Shown piece after piece: positions 1 through 11,400 of a DNA stretch of 50,382 nucleotides (its first letter is position 1; each line of letters begins with the position of its first letter). The notes under the pieces are model-generated. The model was not told where the DNA came from, did no database searches, and saw nothing but the letters and a program-made list of their open reading frames with translations. This DNA is from Catajapyx aquilonaris (Eukaryota): NCBI GenBank assembly GCA_000934665.2, contig JYFJ02002839.1:1-50382 (forward strand), given 5' to 3'. The position numbers were made by a program, and so were the translations under genes.

Positions 1-632
1 CGGGAAAGGAAACGGGCTGGACCAATCAGAGAGCCCCGTTGGCGGCACAGCTCACTTCAAAGGTTGACGCCACCTTTTCTATCTAGTCACCTTAGCTGAC
101 ACGGGAGGTGAGCGCCTCTGACGACGACGGTGTCTATTAACATAATTTGTCTTAAATTTTGAAAAGAAGCGCCTGTGTCGGAGGCAAAATCAACCCTAGA
201 GAAAATAAAGACCGTTTTGAAAAGTGGAACCACGAGGGGGACTGTACGATCAGAAGATGACTACCTGAAAACCCACGCGAGCACGAAGAGCCCTCCTAGA
301 CTTTGGATCCACTGGGCCGTTGCGGGGTAACCACGGGCACAGGTGATGGAAGTGTCGTAGGCTGAATCTGAGACATTGAAGCAGGTGTAAAGCATTCTTT
401 ATTATTGTTATCCGAGTTACTAGGCTGTTAAGACACCCGCTACACCTATACTTAAAATGATCACCTACAGTACCCTTCTACCATATCCTCCAATGTTTCG
501 ACAATGTAAATTCAGCACCCTGTAGCCTATGTAGTGGCAAAATGCGCAGCAAAAGCAGCATAATATTTATCTGCTCAAAAACAAGAAGTAAATGTCAATG
601 ACATGATTTATTTCCTGTTCCCAAACAAAATA

Positions 633-909
633 TAAGGTAAGTGTCCCAGCAGTCGACACGCCAACGGAAAAAATTCACGTCGGACACTTCCCAGGGAATC
701 TCTTAAAGAAATTCTCGATTAAAATATTGGTTGAATCGTCGAAACTTGCTTTTTCAGCCAGTGCATATTCTTGCCAAATTACACACGGTAATCTTGAGTT
801 AAAAATTCTTTTATCCAACTGTGCAAATGGTCCAGTAATCGACACCCAAAATGACGACTGTGTTCCAATAGTCGACACCAGTTATGTCCCAGTAGTCGAC
901 ATATCCCCT
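633..909. repeat. Cluster of four GTCCCA(G/A)YAGTCGACAC-like motifs; possible degenerate DNA-transposon MITE
   Basis: Related 17-18 nt motifs at ~643, ~830, ~862 and ~886; no clean TIR or TSD. Confidence 0.3.
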
Positions 910-989
910 GCACGGTCTTTAAGCGGTCGCCGTAACTAAACACAGACAGACACGTATTTACTGCTGTTGCGTAAATATCATCAGGGAAA

Positions 990-1412
990 GGTAGTTTTGA
1001 GTCATGTCGGGTCGACTTAACTTAATTCAGATTTTCAACTAATGCCGCAATAGATAACTGGAACGTGCAAAGTTTTAATTTTAATTTTTATAGCCATGGA
1101 AGGTGATTCCAATTTTTAGTCACATATTGCGTACTAAAACTGATATTAATGTAATATTATGCATGCATGCACCTGATTGCACTTGACATTTTTTTTCTCC
1201 AAATGGGGCGTTGCAATGGGGAATCATGAATGTGCACACATGAATTTCATTAAGTGGCAGTTTTATTGAACAATATGCGACTATAAAAATGGGCCATCAT
1301 CTGTCATTGCTCTCAATATTAAACAAATCAATCCTGGACCTTGCAAGCGTTTTCTGTGGCCATTTGAAATATGAACAAATTTCGCAATTTTAAAATCCGG
1401 ATGGTCAAAACT
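990..1412. mobile_element. Old, imperfectly palindromic MITE-like element centred near 1200
   Basis: atttttagtcacatattgcgtactaaaactg (~1111-1142) is the imperfect reverse complement of cagttttattgaacaatatgcgactataaaaat (~1258-1290). The outer segments ttttgagtcatgtcgg and ccggatggtcaaaa also pair loosely. Confidence 0.45.
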
Positions 1413-1984
1413 CTTATTATTGATAGGATATTTTATACTGTCTATCATTCACCTGGCATTATTATCTGATGGACTGGCTGAAACAACATGCCGCACCTTT
1501 TATTTTACTAGTACGGGCAAAAAAAAAAAAAGGTTAAGCAACATTACTGTAGCACATTACTGCAGCAACACTGCTGTTGGATTGATTGGTTGTTTAGAGG
1601 GTAATGGGGCGTACCTGGGAACCAGAAGGGTCTAAGGTACACCTCAATACCAACCCGACTACGGGTTGACCACCACTACTTATTGGCTTGTCCTCCTTTG
1701 CTCGTCTGCGACATTTCCCTATACTATACTGTTATATCGGAATTGGAGTGGTATATTTTTCAAATACAGAACATTATACACACAATCACACAATAGGGCC
1801 TACGTGGCACATTATGTCCTCAGGTATTGTGGGGGGGGGGGGCGAAACAAAAAAGTAAAAGTAAAAAAAAAAGAAGCAGAAATGTCACGCGTCGGCGACG
1901 ACGCTATAACATTTAGCACCTTCACAAAGCAGTAAAACTAAATCTCAACAGCTCAAATAAGAAAATATTATTTCCTAGGGCAAT

Positions 1985-2200
1985 AACACCGATCAACCTA
2001 AACCTCGGTTAACCGAAAGCGTTCGAGTCGGCAAATTCAAATTTGCGCGCGAGATTTAGCTGCCAAAACAAAACAAAACAAAACAAACAAAAAAAAACGA
2101 GTCTAAGCTCTGCGGAAGCAAAAGAAAATACATATATTGGACTTCTTTTCCTAAACTGTAGGCCTACTTTAATGCATGCACTATGCAGTGTACTGTATAC
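1985..2200. mobile_element. TIR-less fragment of the same Tigger/pogo-like MITE family as 39080-39422, in the opposite orientation
   Basis: aacaccgatcaacctaaacctcggttaaccgaa...gtcggcaaa...(aaaac)n...cctaaactgtaggcctacttt aligns by eye with the reverse complement of ~39290-39401. Confidence 0.6.
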
Positions 2201-2283
2201 TACTTTATGTATGGTCTAATTATGTATTATTAAGACGTGAACTCTGTAAACAATGTGTTGCGCTTGTTTACATGAGTCATGAT

Positions 2284-2637
2284 GTGTTTTATTTGTTTTA
2301 TTTTTTATTTTTTTACTGTACCATACCCCATTATCGGGCCCTGGGCCCTTGTTAGGGGAGTGGGATACCACCATGTTTGGAACCGTACATAATGTGTATG
2401 TTTTAATTGTTCCAAGGGTAAGTAGGAGGGGATGTGCAAAGTGCAAGTGCAATGTCGTATATTGGTCATTTTGTGAACTCCCCCGGGTAGATTAGTCTAG
2501 CGGAAATTTCCACTCGAGACGAAGCCAGAGATGGCCCAACTCTGCACGAGATGAAGGGGGGAACCCCGGGCTGGGATCGAACCCGGGACCTTAACATCCG
2601 TGGGCGCGTGCGTTACCGCAGCAGCACTCCTCCTCCC
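2284..2637 (-). mobile_element. tRNA-derived SINE with 13-bp TSD
   Basis: Minus strand carries a tRNA-like head with B box GGTTCGATCCC (~2572-2584) and an A-rich tail (~2287-2315). The direct repeat CATGAGTCATGAT lies at 2271-2283 and 2638-2650. Confidence 0.85.
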
Positions 2638-3851
2638 CATGAGTCATGATTGGTCCGCGGCGTCAACGCGACAAAAGAGCAAAACCGTCGACGGCCTGTG
2701 TGTATGGGCCTTTACACAGCGCCATGAAAACCGGACCCGTTCTGGAACGACTGACAATTTGAGTGCTACGGACAGTAATGCCAACCCACATTGTTGATCA
2801 TCTGGTTGCATGTCGACATAGGTGAACGTTGTTGGCACCAACGACAACAATATTTACCTTTACCAGCAGAATTCATTCTTGTTGATGTGAAAGGAGATGA
2901 TCAGTGAACAGTAGCTTAGGTGGCCAATAGTGTCAGTACCGACCGGTACCAACCAATTAAATAGTGAGCAGTTTCCGAAACGAGTCCGGTTTCAAGGGGG
3001 CTGCGTAAAATAATGCCTCCTATATAATTATTGTGATCCTCAGTGAGAGCCAATGGTTTCCCTATAGCTTTGACACGTAAACACTCATTGTTGCACATGA
3101 GGTTCCGTCAAGTCCGTCAAGTTCTAATTTACTCCCGAGGGACTTGCCATTTACTAGACAGCATCCAGGTTTGACTACCATCTCCTTCTAGTCGAGAAAG
3201 GCCCAATCCATTCTTCCAATATACTATACCAATCAACAAGTCGCAGGGTGGTGAGTTGCATAATATTCATCAGTTTTGTGTTTCCTAAGCTGCAGCTGGT
3301 GTGATATAAGTTGATGTAATCAGGATACAGGGTGTTCACCTCTATCGACAAACTTTGAGGGTGACCTTTTACGTGCCAGAGCGTCAATTTATATAGGGAC
3401 TGTCTCGTATTCCCCCTAGCTGGACATGATTTAGGACTCACATTCTGGTCATTTGATTTTTGAAATGCATTACCCTCGTTGACCAGCTTTTTGCATAGTT
3501 CTTCTCTGATTGAGATAGTCGACAGCAGACAACAATAAAAGGTGCGTGACTCTGGCCACCCTCCTGATAATAGTGTTGCGAGCAGCTTTTGGGAGTCGGA
3601 TCTTGGATGCTTAGCTAATGTCCTCCACTCTTGAGGACAATAATATTTTCTCCCGATTACATTTTCGCAACCTGCGAGTCCGATTTTCTTCCTTTGTGAT
3701 TCTACGCTACTTACGTTTGCCTGTTTGTGTGCTCTTATTTTTGGTGATATTTGCTTATTGTGATTTATTTAATATTCTTTGGTAGTTTAGTGTATCTTTG
3801 GCCCTTTCTGTCTTTGCTCACGTGGCAGGGAGGACCCTTGGTCTCCGCAGC

Positions 3852-3936
3852 CATAGACATCGGAATACTAAGTTATACTTTGTAGCCTAATAGTCTTGCT
3901 AATAGTAAATGTAATACTAGTATTCCGATATCTATG
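3852..3936. mobile_element. 85-bp MITE with CATAGA termini and 8-bp TSD (P-element- or hAT-type)
   Basis: TIR CATAGACATCGGAATACTA / TAGTATTCCGATATCTATG (1 mismatch in 19); TSD TCCGCAGC at 3844-3851 and 3937-3944. Confidence 0.85.
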
Positions 3937-4462
3937 TCCGCAGCCTAATCACAGAGAAAATGGGCAATTTATTATTTTGCATCCGACCCGTGTTCTATAA
4001 AGTTGTATGGGTGCAAGCTGCTTAAAGGGTGGACTTTTCGGACTCTGTCCTTTTGTGGTCAGATGCAAACCTTCCACTGTTCCAGGATACGTCATACCAA
4101 GAGATTAGCTCTTGGTCATACTGTCACGCCCAAAACCTACTCCCCCAAATCCTTCTTATTATCCCCATAATATACATATATATTTTACCTATCCTGTTTA
4201 CCAACACCAACGACCTTCTTGAGAATTCGCCCGATCAGCGAATTCTACGGATGGTCTCTGATCCCTCCAGCTGTAGAGGGCTGACACACTACCATTCCAA
4301 TCCGGCCATTCTTTTAGTGTGTCAGCGGGATGGTCTCTCAGAGACTATCTCATCAAATTATTAACTATTTCTTCACTCTAAATTTCGCTGCGTCTCTGGA
4401 TGCCAGCCCCAGGTTGTGCCATCCAGAGCCAGTATATAACCAACTAAATTCAGTAGAGTTAA

Positions 4463-4682
4463 GGTGCATTCACATATCGGCGACTGCGACTCCGTGCCCG
4501 AGCGACGTCGCGGCCATGGTGTCGCCCAGCTGCTGGAGGCCCTGTAGCAGAGCTCTTTGGGGCACTACACATTGTGACAGCATCCACTGGACGGGAACTC
4601 CGTCGCTGGGGGCACCGCGTCGTGGATCGACGGGGCACAGAATCGGTCGCTGGGCACGGAATCGCGGATATGTGAATGCACC
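4463..4682. mobile_element. 220-bp GC-rich palindromic MITE (TTAA or TA target; superfamily uncertain)
   Basis: TTAA-GGTGCATTCACATATC ... GATATGTGAATGCACC-TTAA. The internal segments (tccgtgcccgagcgac / gtcgctgggcacgga) also pair. Confidence 0.85.
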
Positions 4683-4954
4683 TTAATATTCGTTGCTTGC
4701 GTGATGATACTTGAGGTGCAGACATTTTCCGAAGATGGTGTGATAAGTTTGTATACTTAATGTATATGTGTTTTCTATGCCCCACAATTGGCACAATATA
4801 TTACGCATAGGCTACGACTGAAAGGGCACCACACCTATTGTTCTCATGGGACCCATAGTATAGCTATCTTTGTTAATTCCATGGCGCACTTACATGTCAC
4901 GCTCGAGGGATGAGAAACTACTTTTCTTTTTTCAGCTAATAATCTATACACAAA

Positions 4955-5068
4955 ATGGGAACCATACGAGCGTAATTTCGAAGTTCTTTGGCAAGAAGAC
5001 AGCCAGACTTACCATCCTAGGACTCGATGGCGATGGGAAGACAAGTATCCTTTAAATGCTGCAATTCA
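4955..5068 (+). pseudogene. Degenerate first coding exon of an ARF/ARL-family small GTPase
   Basis: Acceptor cttttcttttttcag at 4921-4935, then ATG GGA (MG) at 4955 and a 1-nt frameshift into VISKFFGKKTARLTILGLDGDGKTSIL*MLQF. This matches the ARF consensus [27 protein letters not shown]; TAA at 5053-5055 replaces the Tyr codon. Confidence 0.75.
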
Positions 5069-5236
5069 TGAGCACATAAGTTTAAATGGAGAATGCGCCT
5101 TTTTCCAACTTAAATAAGAGAAAACTTCAAAACGCTGCACTTTGCGCTATTTTTCCATTTACGTCGCCTTTTCCACCGTAAATTATTGCAGAATCTTTCT
5201 TCATATTATCTCTTTCTTACCATGTACCCGGTCGTC

Positions 5237-5263
5237 TCCCCCCCCCCCCCCCCNCCCCCCCCC
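5237..5263. repeat. Poly-C run (contains one N)
   Basis: Direct reading. Confidence 0.9.
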
Positions 5264-5962
5264 GCAAGGCTGTCTAGGCCATCGGGATAAAGAAAAAAAA
5301 TCTCTCTTTCTCACATAATTAATAATATTGCTGAACCTTTCCACTGCTTAATATACGGAAAATATAAGTGGAAGGGTGTAAGGGGAAAAGCCCAGAAGAG
5401 GAGAATGAAGAACTTTTCGTGGGAAAAAGCAGTGGAAATGTCTCTACTACTTGTTATTTCTGTTAAAAATCTTCACTTTCCACTAATGTTTTCCTTGTGT
5501 TAAGTAAAAATGTTTGGAATAGTTATTCTTTCCATTGATGTAGAAAAGCTGTAATGATTCTATACAATGGGGAAGTAGCCTTCATTTTGGAAACTACATA
5601 ATAAATTCGCCCATATTTTTTTGATTTTTTTGGCATATTCCGTTTTAAGATATCAGTTTCAGTTCCGGAGTAATTGGGGTTTTTATGTAGGCTAATGGTG
5701 ACGTCACTGTTAGCCTAGAAAATGTTGACGTCACGCGAAGTGAAATGAACGAAAAAATGGTGTTATAGAACGCGCCCCGTCATTGTTGTAAAATGCTTCG
5801 CTGTTGTTAGCAACGGTGTCGAGAAAGGGCCGAGAATGGCGGGGGGGCCAAGCCACGCCCCCAAGTCTACATGTCCTTGTTACCTTCACGCTCACTGCGG
5901 GGCCCCCTTTACGCGCCTATTTGAAAAGTGGCCCCTGTGGAGGTGATGGGGGACGCTGTTCC

Positions 5963-6066
5963 AACCTAACCTAACCTAACCTAACCTTCCTCCCTTGTGG
6001 ATACAGCCTATCTTCAGCGTATACAGGCCTATCTTCAGCAGATACAGGCCTATCTTTCAGCAGATA
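5963..6066. repeat. (CCTAA)n tract followed by ~3 copies of a ~21-nt unit GATACAGGCCTATCTTCAGCA
   Basis: aacctaacctaacctaacctaacc at 5963-5986; tandem units at ~6000-6066. Confidence 0.85.
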
Positions 6067-6347
6067 AACGCCCACGCCCTACACGCCTGTTATTATACAC
6101 CGTTATAGCATAGCAGCTATTGCAAAGTAGCATTCGAAGGGAGCTGCTTCGATCGAATGATTCTGATAATTATAAATAATTTAATAATAATTCCACAATA
6201 TATAAGGTCACATAATATTGCAGGTATTATTTATGATAATTTAATTATTATTAAAGCAACAGGAACCAAGCTCGGTCAGATTATGCTCAATCGGGGCCCC
6301 ACTTCCGTGAGGTAACAGGAAGTCTACATTCCGTGGGCCACTCAGTC

Positions 6348-6719
6348 TCATTCGCTGTAGAATAATCGTCCGGTTAGCAACCGTCCCATTCCGTGAGCAA
6401 GATAGCGGCAGGGGCGCGTATTTATTCCAGGCCGCTCAAGCCGCTTTGTATGATACACTGTCAGCGCGCCCCAGTTCAAGCTGATGTACTCCGGAGTGTG
6501 TATTACATCCTCTACGGTTTTCAAGTAAAAATGGATCCAGTTATTGAGGCTATACATGTCCATGTTTATTGCTAGGTTGAAGCTGGCAATTATAGCCGGG
6601 CCCAGGAGGGCAAACATCCATTTCCTTTGGTACGGGTTTTCGCGCGTGTTGGCAACTGGAAAGAGTCCGAATATCCGGGAAGTGAGGTCCACTGGACGAA
6701 AAGAATCGTACACGTCCAT
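6348..6719 (-). pseudogene. Possible gustatory-receptor-like N-terminal fragment
   Basis: MDVYDSFRPVDLTSRIFGLFPV resembles the arthropod GR start (xxPxxxxSRxFGLxP) and is followed by one hydrophobic segment. The downstream sequence shows no further TM helices. Confidence 0.25.
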
Positions 6720-8402
6720 GGTCCGGTCAGAACTAAAATAATGGTCCTCTTTCTTTTGGCAAATAATTTGCACATCCGTCAATATAATTAGTGACAGTTT
6801 GCGTAAGGTGTGGCAAGCTGCTTTCACCTGATTATAGGTGCGACAACTCCACATCGCATATGACCATTAGCGCTGTGACATTGAAAAATGTATGATGAGA
6901 TTATGACATTTAAATCGATTAATCAAGAGAGGAGACCAAGTTAAGGCTCGTGGTGTATATCGTAGCTGTATTCTGTCTGCACTTGAAGAGAACAGGGTTT
7001 GTTTATCAGAAGAAATCATTCTGAAGTAACTTATGTCCGTTTGGTGTACTTTATCGACAGTCTGATCCTTGTAGTAGAGACTGGGGTCCAAATGGAAGTA
7101 TGTAACAGGAAGTCCATGTTTATTTTGAATTAGCGATCATTTTGTTCAAAGAATGATTGCATATTATAATCAACTGATACATTGAAAAGTATTATATAAA
7201 AATTAATAAAAATTAAAATATGGCGTTGACTTCTAAAAGACCCCACGCACATTCATGTTGAATTATCTTTCCAGCTATTTCCCATCCATGTTTCCGGAAA
7301 TTCTTCAGTCTATTTTTCTTTGATGACGTCATAAAACCGCTACTTCCCACACTGAAGTACAAAAAATACCTTGGTGAACCAAATACTCGTATTTTTCTCT
7401 GCAGTATGTGTATACAATTTTATATACTGTACCTGTAAATAAATTATGTACTTTATGTGATAATTCTTATTCATGAAAATTGCAACGGCGAGGCCTTATG
7501 GCGAGTGAACGATTTTGTTGTGGCTGGACTTGGTAGCGGTGCTTAAAATTGGGACCGAAACTCTAATTCAGTAATTTCTCCTTTTTTTACATTATCTGAT
7601 AGATAATGTAAAAAAGGAGAAAATTTTGAAGCTATGATGATTAAAAGAGGGGGTGTTTGAAAATGATTGGCAAATACTGTAATTATGTAGGCTATGGATG
7701 TCACAGTGATTCCAAGCGTATGCTTGCTTAATTCCGGTACCATTTTCATAATGTTAAAGGTGAAGACAGGGATGCATTTCGCAACCATATTAACGAATCA
7801 GAGTGAATTAATATTACTGTCCTATTTTATATTTGCCACATTTTATGATATGGTACATTTCTCCCTGTGATGAAATCAAAATAACCTCAATGACTAGCGC
7901 TATGAAGAAGCGACTCCAAAATGAAACCTGAAGTACAATATTATTGTACGTGTCATTTTGGTGGTCAGGTGAAAATTACCACTTCCCTCGTTATCAAATT
8001 GTACATCGTTAGGCTATTTAGCTGACGCTTTTAGTTTTACATGGATAAACACTCCCATCAGCTAATAGTGTTTTGCATGGTATTGTGTCCAAAAACATCA
8101 CTACTAACAGGGTACAGTACTTCATACTGCTCATCATATAACTGTACCACCTTGTCCTTGTCGTCCATGTCGTTCATGAACGACATATGTAGATGGCCAA
8201 GGACAAGGTGGTACAATATGATGGTGTAAATCGTGCTCGGGCGACCTCTGACCCGACAGTCAACCTGTACAGTGTGCAATAAATATTGGAATGGACCGCA
8301 CATGGCGACAGTTTTTGTGGTGATGCAAATGACGACAGGAAAATTATTATGTGTGACCAGTAACATGTCATGTTCGGTGATCGGTCCATTTTTGTCTGGC
8401 AA

Positions 8403-8440
8403 CTTTTTTATTCGGTTCACGCGTGAACCGAATAAAAAAG
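8403..8440. repeat. Perfect 38-bp spacer-less palindrome
   Basis: CTTTTTTATTCGGTTCACG|CGTGAACCGAATAAAAAAG; 19+19 nt exact. Confidence 0.95.
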
Positions 8441-11400
8441 CTCAAACGTGTGTTTCAGAATTTAGCTCACATCCGCGTAGAAGGAATTCTTGCGATTCAC
8501 GTCACCTCACCACTGGCATATTGGTTGGCAGAGACAACGCATGCATAATAATTATTAGATTTATATTACGTAGAGTTTGAAATATTTCTGCCTCCACTGG
8601 GACAACTTTACCATTTTGGGGGGCTTATTTGTCTCCCGTCGTCACCCCTTTTGAGCTGAGGATTTGGATAGGCAAATTTCCTTCTTTGCTTTACAAGTTG
8701 GTTCAAGGTCGATTTTTAGGCTGTATTTGCGTCCTTTGAAAAATATACGAATAAAATTGGAATGAAATATTTAGCAGTATAAAATGTGTCACGCCCGATC
8801 GAACAGGCCATTCCCCAGGTAATCCTTCATACAGGAAAAAAAAAAACATGTTCCCATGAGCCTCTGCATGTCACGTGACTCGAGCCTTGCTTTGGGCTTA
8901 TCTTCTTCCTGAAGGCATAAAAATGGGCTGGTCAGCGTGACTTCTCTTTATTCGCCAGATTGTTGTCGGGATGATCGGAAGGTCCATCAGCGGGGATACT
9001 TCCCGCCCATCAAGTCAGTGGTGAGTGATGCAGGGTGTTTCACGATGTCAATCATTTTCATCTACTTTTTCCTCCCTTTACAGAGTGTCATCCTAAAGGA
9101 GACGATCATCTGCCTGCCTGCCCGCCTGCCCCATCTGACCCCCCATTTGATGTCAACCACCGCTGGAGTGTAAGGTGACTTGCAGACGAGAAAGGCCCCA
9201 CTCGGACAATGGTCCAACACAAGACACTTCCAGGTTCCCACACACTCGTCTTGTGAGAGGTTTGGTAATATGGCATCGGTGGGTCGGACCCTCGGACCGA
9301 TGCTCCAAACGTGTCTCTTGCAGACGTGTTGTGTCAATATTAATTACACTTTTTTTCTGGTTATCGTACACCAATCGGCCAAATATTGCGGACATATAGG
9401 TCTGAACAATATATTGTCCGTACTGGCAGGCGGTGGCATGCTTGGCTGAGTGTGTACGTGATAGGGATGTGGGGAGGAAGTGCATATGGCGTGGAGGTCG
9501 TCTGGCTGCCGTCATTTTTGGTGGGTTTAGTGTTCAAGGCAGGTCAAGTCAGGTCAAGGTCAATCAGACGGCAGCTGAAGAGGCGGCTGAGGAAACGCAG
9601 CACTTCCGCCTGGGAAGGACTTGGGGTCAAAAGGTCAAGAGGAGCTGTTTTGGTCTCCTCCGATCAGATCCGAGGCCTTCCCAGGGTGAGATGTTATGAG
9701 TGGAGCCTTTCTAATAAATTCAGGGGGGGAGGGACGCGTGATTTGAGCAGTCCGGCCATTGTTGATGGGAATGGCATTGTTGGATCAGACATGCCGAAAG
9801 TAATGTCATGTAAGGCCGACTATTAGGGGGTGGGGGGTCCATTTGACAAAAAATGCATTTTTCTAATTTGGTTCCTGTCTTTCCAGTGCACTGGTTGTCC
9901 CAAGCGATGCCTGACATCCCACTGTTGCAAATCCGGTACGAGGAGACCTTTTGTGAGATTGCTAGTAACTGTGGGCCAGTCTAATTGGAAGTGGGATTCA
10001 CGGCCTGACGTGTCCGTGAATTCTATTGCAATTATTATTGAACGGCCAAAACGGACTTTTTTTTTGTCATATTGCGGTTGCAGTTATGGTTGAACGAGAC
10101 GAATATTTGTCGCGTACGTGTTAGGTTAGGCGTTAGGTCATATTCGCCTCGATTAGCCAAACTGCAACACGGAAATGTGACAAAAAAGCCCTGTAACTGT
10201 AGTTGCAGCAATTTTGATTGCCTTTTGAAGATGTGCTAATATTTTCTAGTTGTATTTTTCAGGTGAAGCTGGTCCTACTACAGCTGGACGTAGCGTATGC
10301 GTAACGTATCCTTTTATTTGTACCTCAGTTTGCCGATTGTGTGTATAATTTCTTCTTTTTTGCAGAATGTCTTCAGTGCAGAAATCATTCCGGATATGAG
10401 CTAAAAAAATGTGCCGGTGTCCATAAAACTGACCTCCAACAAGGACAACGCTCTCGGCAAGATGACTAGCTTGGTAAGTGATAATCTTGGTGATAATATC
10501 GTGTGTGATTTATTTTTACTAATGTCTATTCACTTGCAGAAACTTTATTACATGACGTAATTCATCCTTATTGGGATCGGTGGTGCAGCAATAACCGAAA
10601 GCTCCGTAACCCGTTTGATTGTATCTGGCTACAATTCTTACCAATGCAGTACGTGGGGGACAAGCAGCCAGCATGCTTCATATGAGGTATGTAAATACGA
10701 GCAATTATCAATTTATGCATGGTCACTCATACAGCTTTGCATTTTCAGATGGTGGTTCATCTCCAGCAGTGACTGCTAGACCTACTACGACGCCACTATT
10801 TCCACCATACGCTGGATATGTACCAGGATAATTACAATTCTGCAGTGCCTGTTAAATATACGTAAAGACAACTTCTGTGGAGGGAAGGGTTGGGGTGCAT
10901 TGAACAAATGTTTCTGATTGGAAGGAAGGGGGAGGAAGTTGAGCGCTCGACTTTCACTGCCTTCCTTGCTCATCAGTCACATTATTTTGCTGCTTTGCAA
11001 TAATTGGGAATAATTACTCATGTAAAGGCACTTGCAGTCACCTGTGTTATTAGCAACTGTCAATAAATTGACTTGAAAATATTTGATTTTTGTTAATCGG
11101 AATCAACGGCATTGCTCGTCAGTCCTGTGATGTAAAAAATTGTGCAATAAATACGAATTTTGGCATAATATCTGTTTTCTGCAATGAAAACCTCCTTGAT
11201 ATGTGGCATCATGGCGTGTTACAACCCACTTTTGTCTCCTGCATTACTTGGGGAGAGGATATTGTAGGGAAGGTAGTCCCTATAGTAAGACCAAACAACC
11301 TAAAACAATATAAATTTTTCCGGGTTTTTCTTCTCCGTCAGAATTTCGCCAAGCATAACTCAAAAACCCTTACAGATAAAGGTGTCACAGTTTGAAGAAC

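Noticed and set aside
75..94. hAT-Blackjack-like terminus (reverse complement TAAGGTGACTAGAT)
   Set aside because: A single imperfect end at the window edge; neither the partner end nor a TSD can be seen.
2560..2637. tRNA genes here and at 44544-44620
   Set aside because: Both have degenerate stems and are followed by a SINE body, A-rich tail and TSD, so they are SINE heads.
3100..3441. Possible LINE endonuclease relic on the minus strand (TRRR..NLDAV)
   Set aside because: Only one weak motif, too degenerate to call.
5963..10137. CCTAA tract (5963) and TTAGG tract (10121) as inverted termini or a telomere
   Set aside because: Only 2-4 units each, and the flanking sequences are not complementary.
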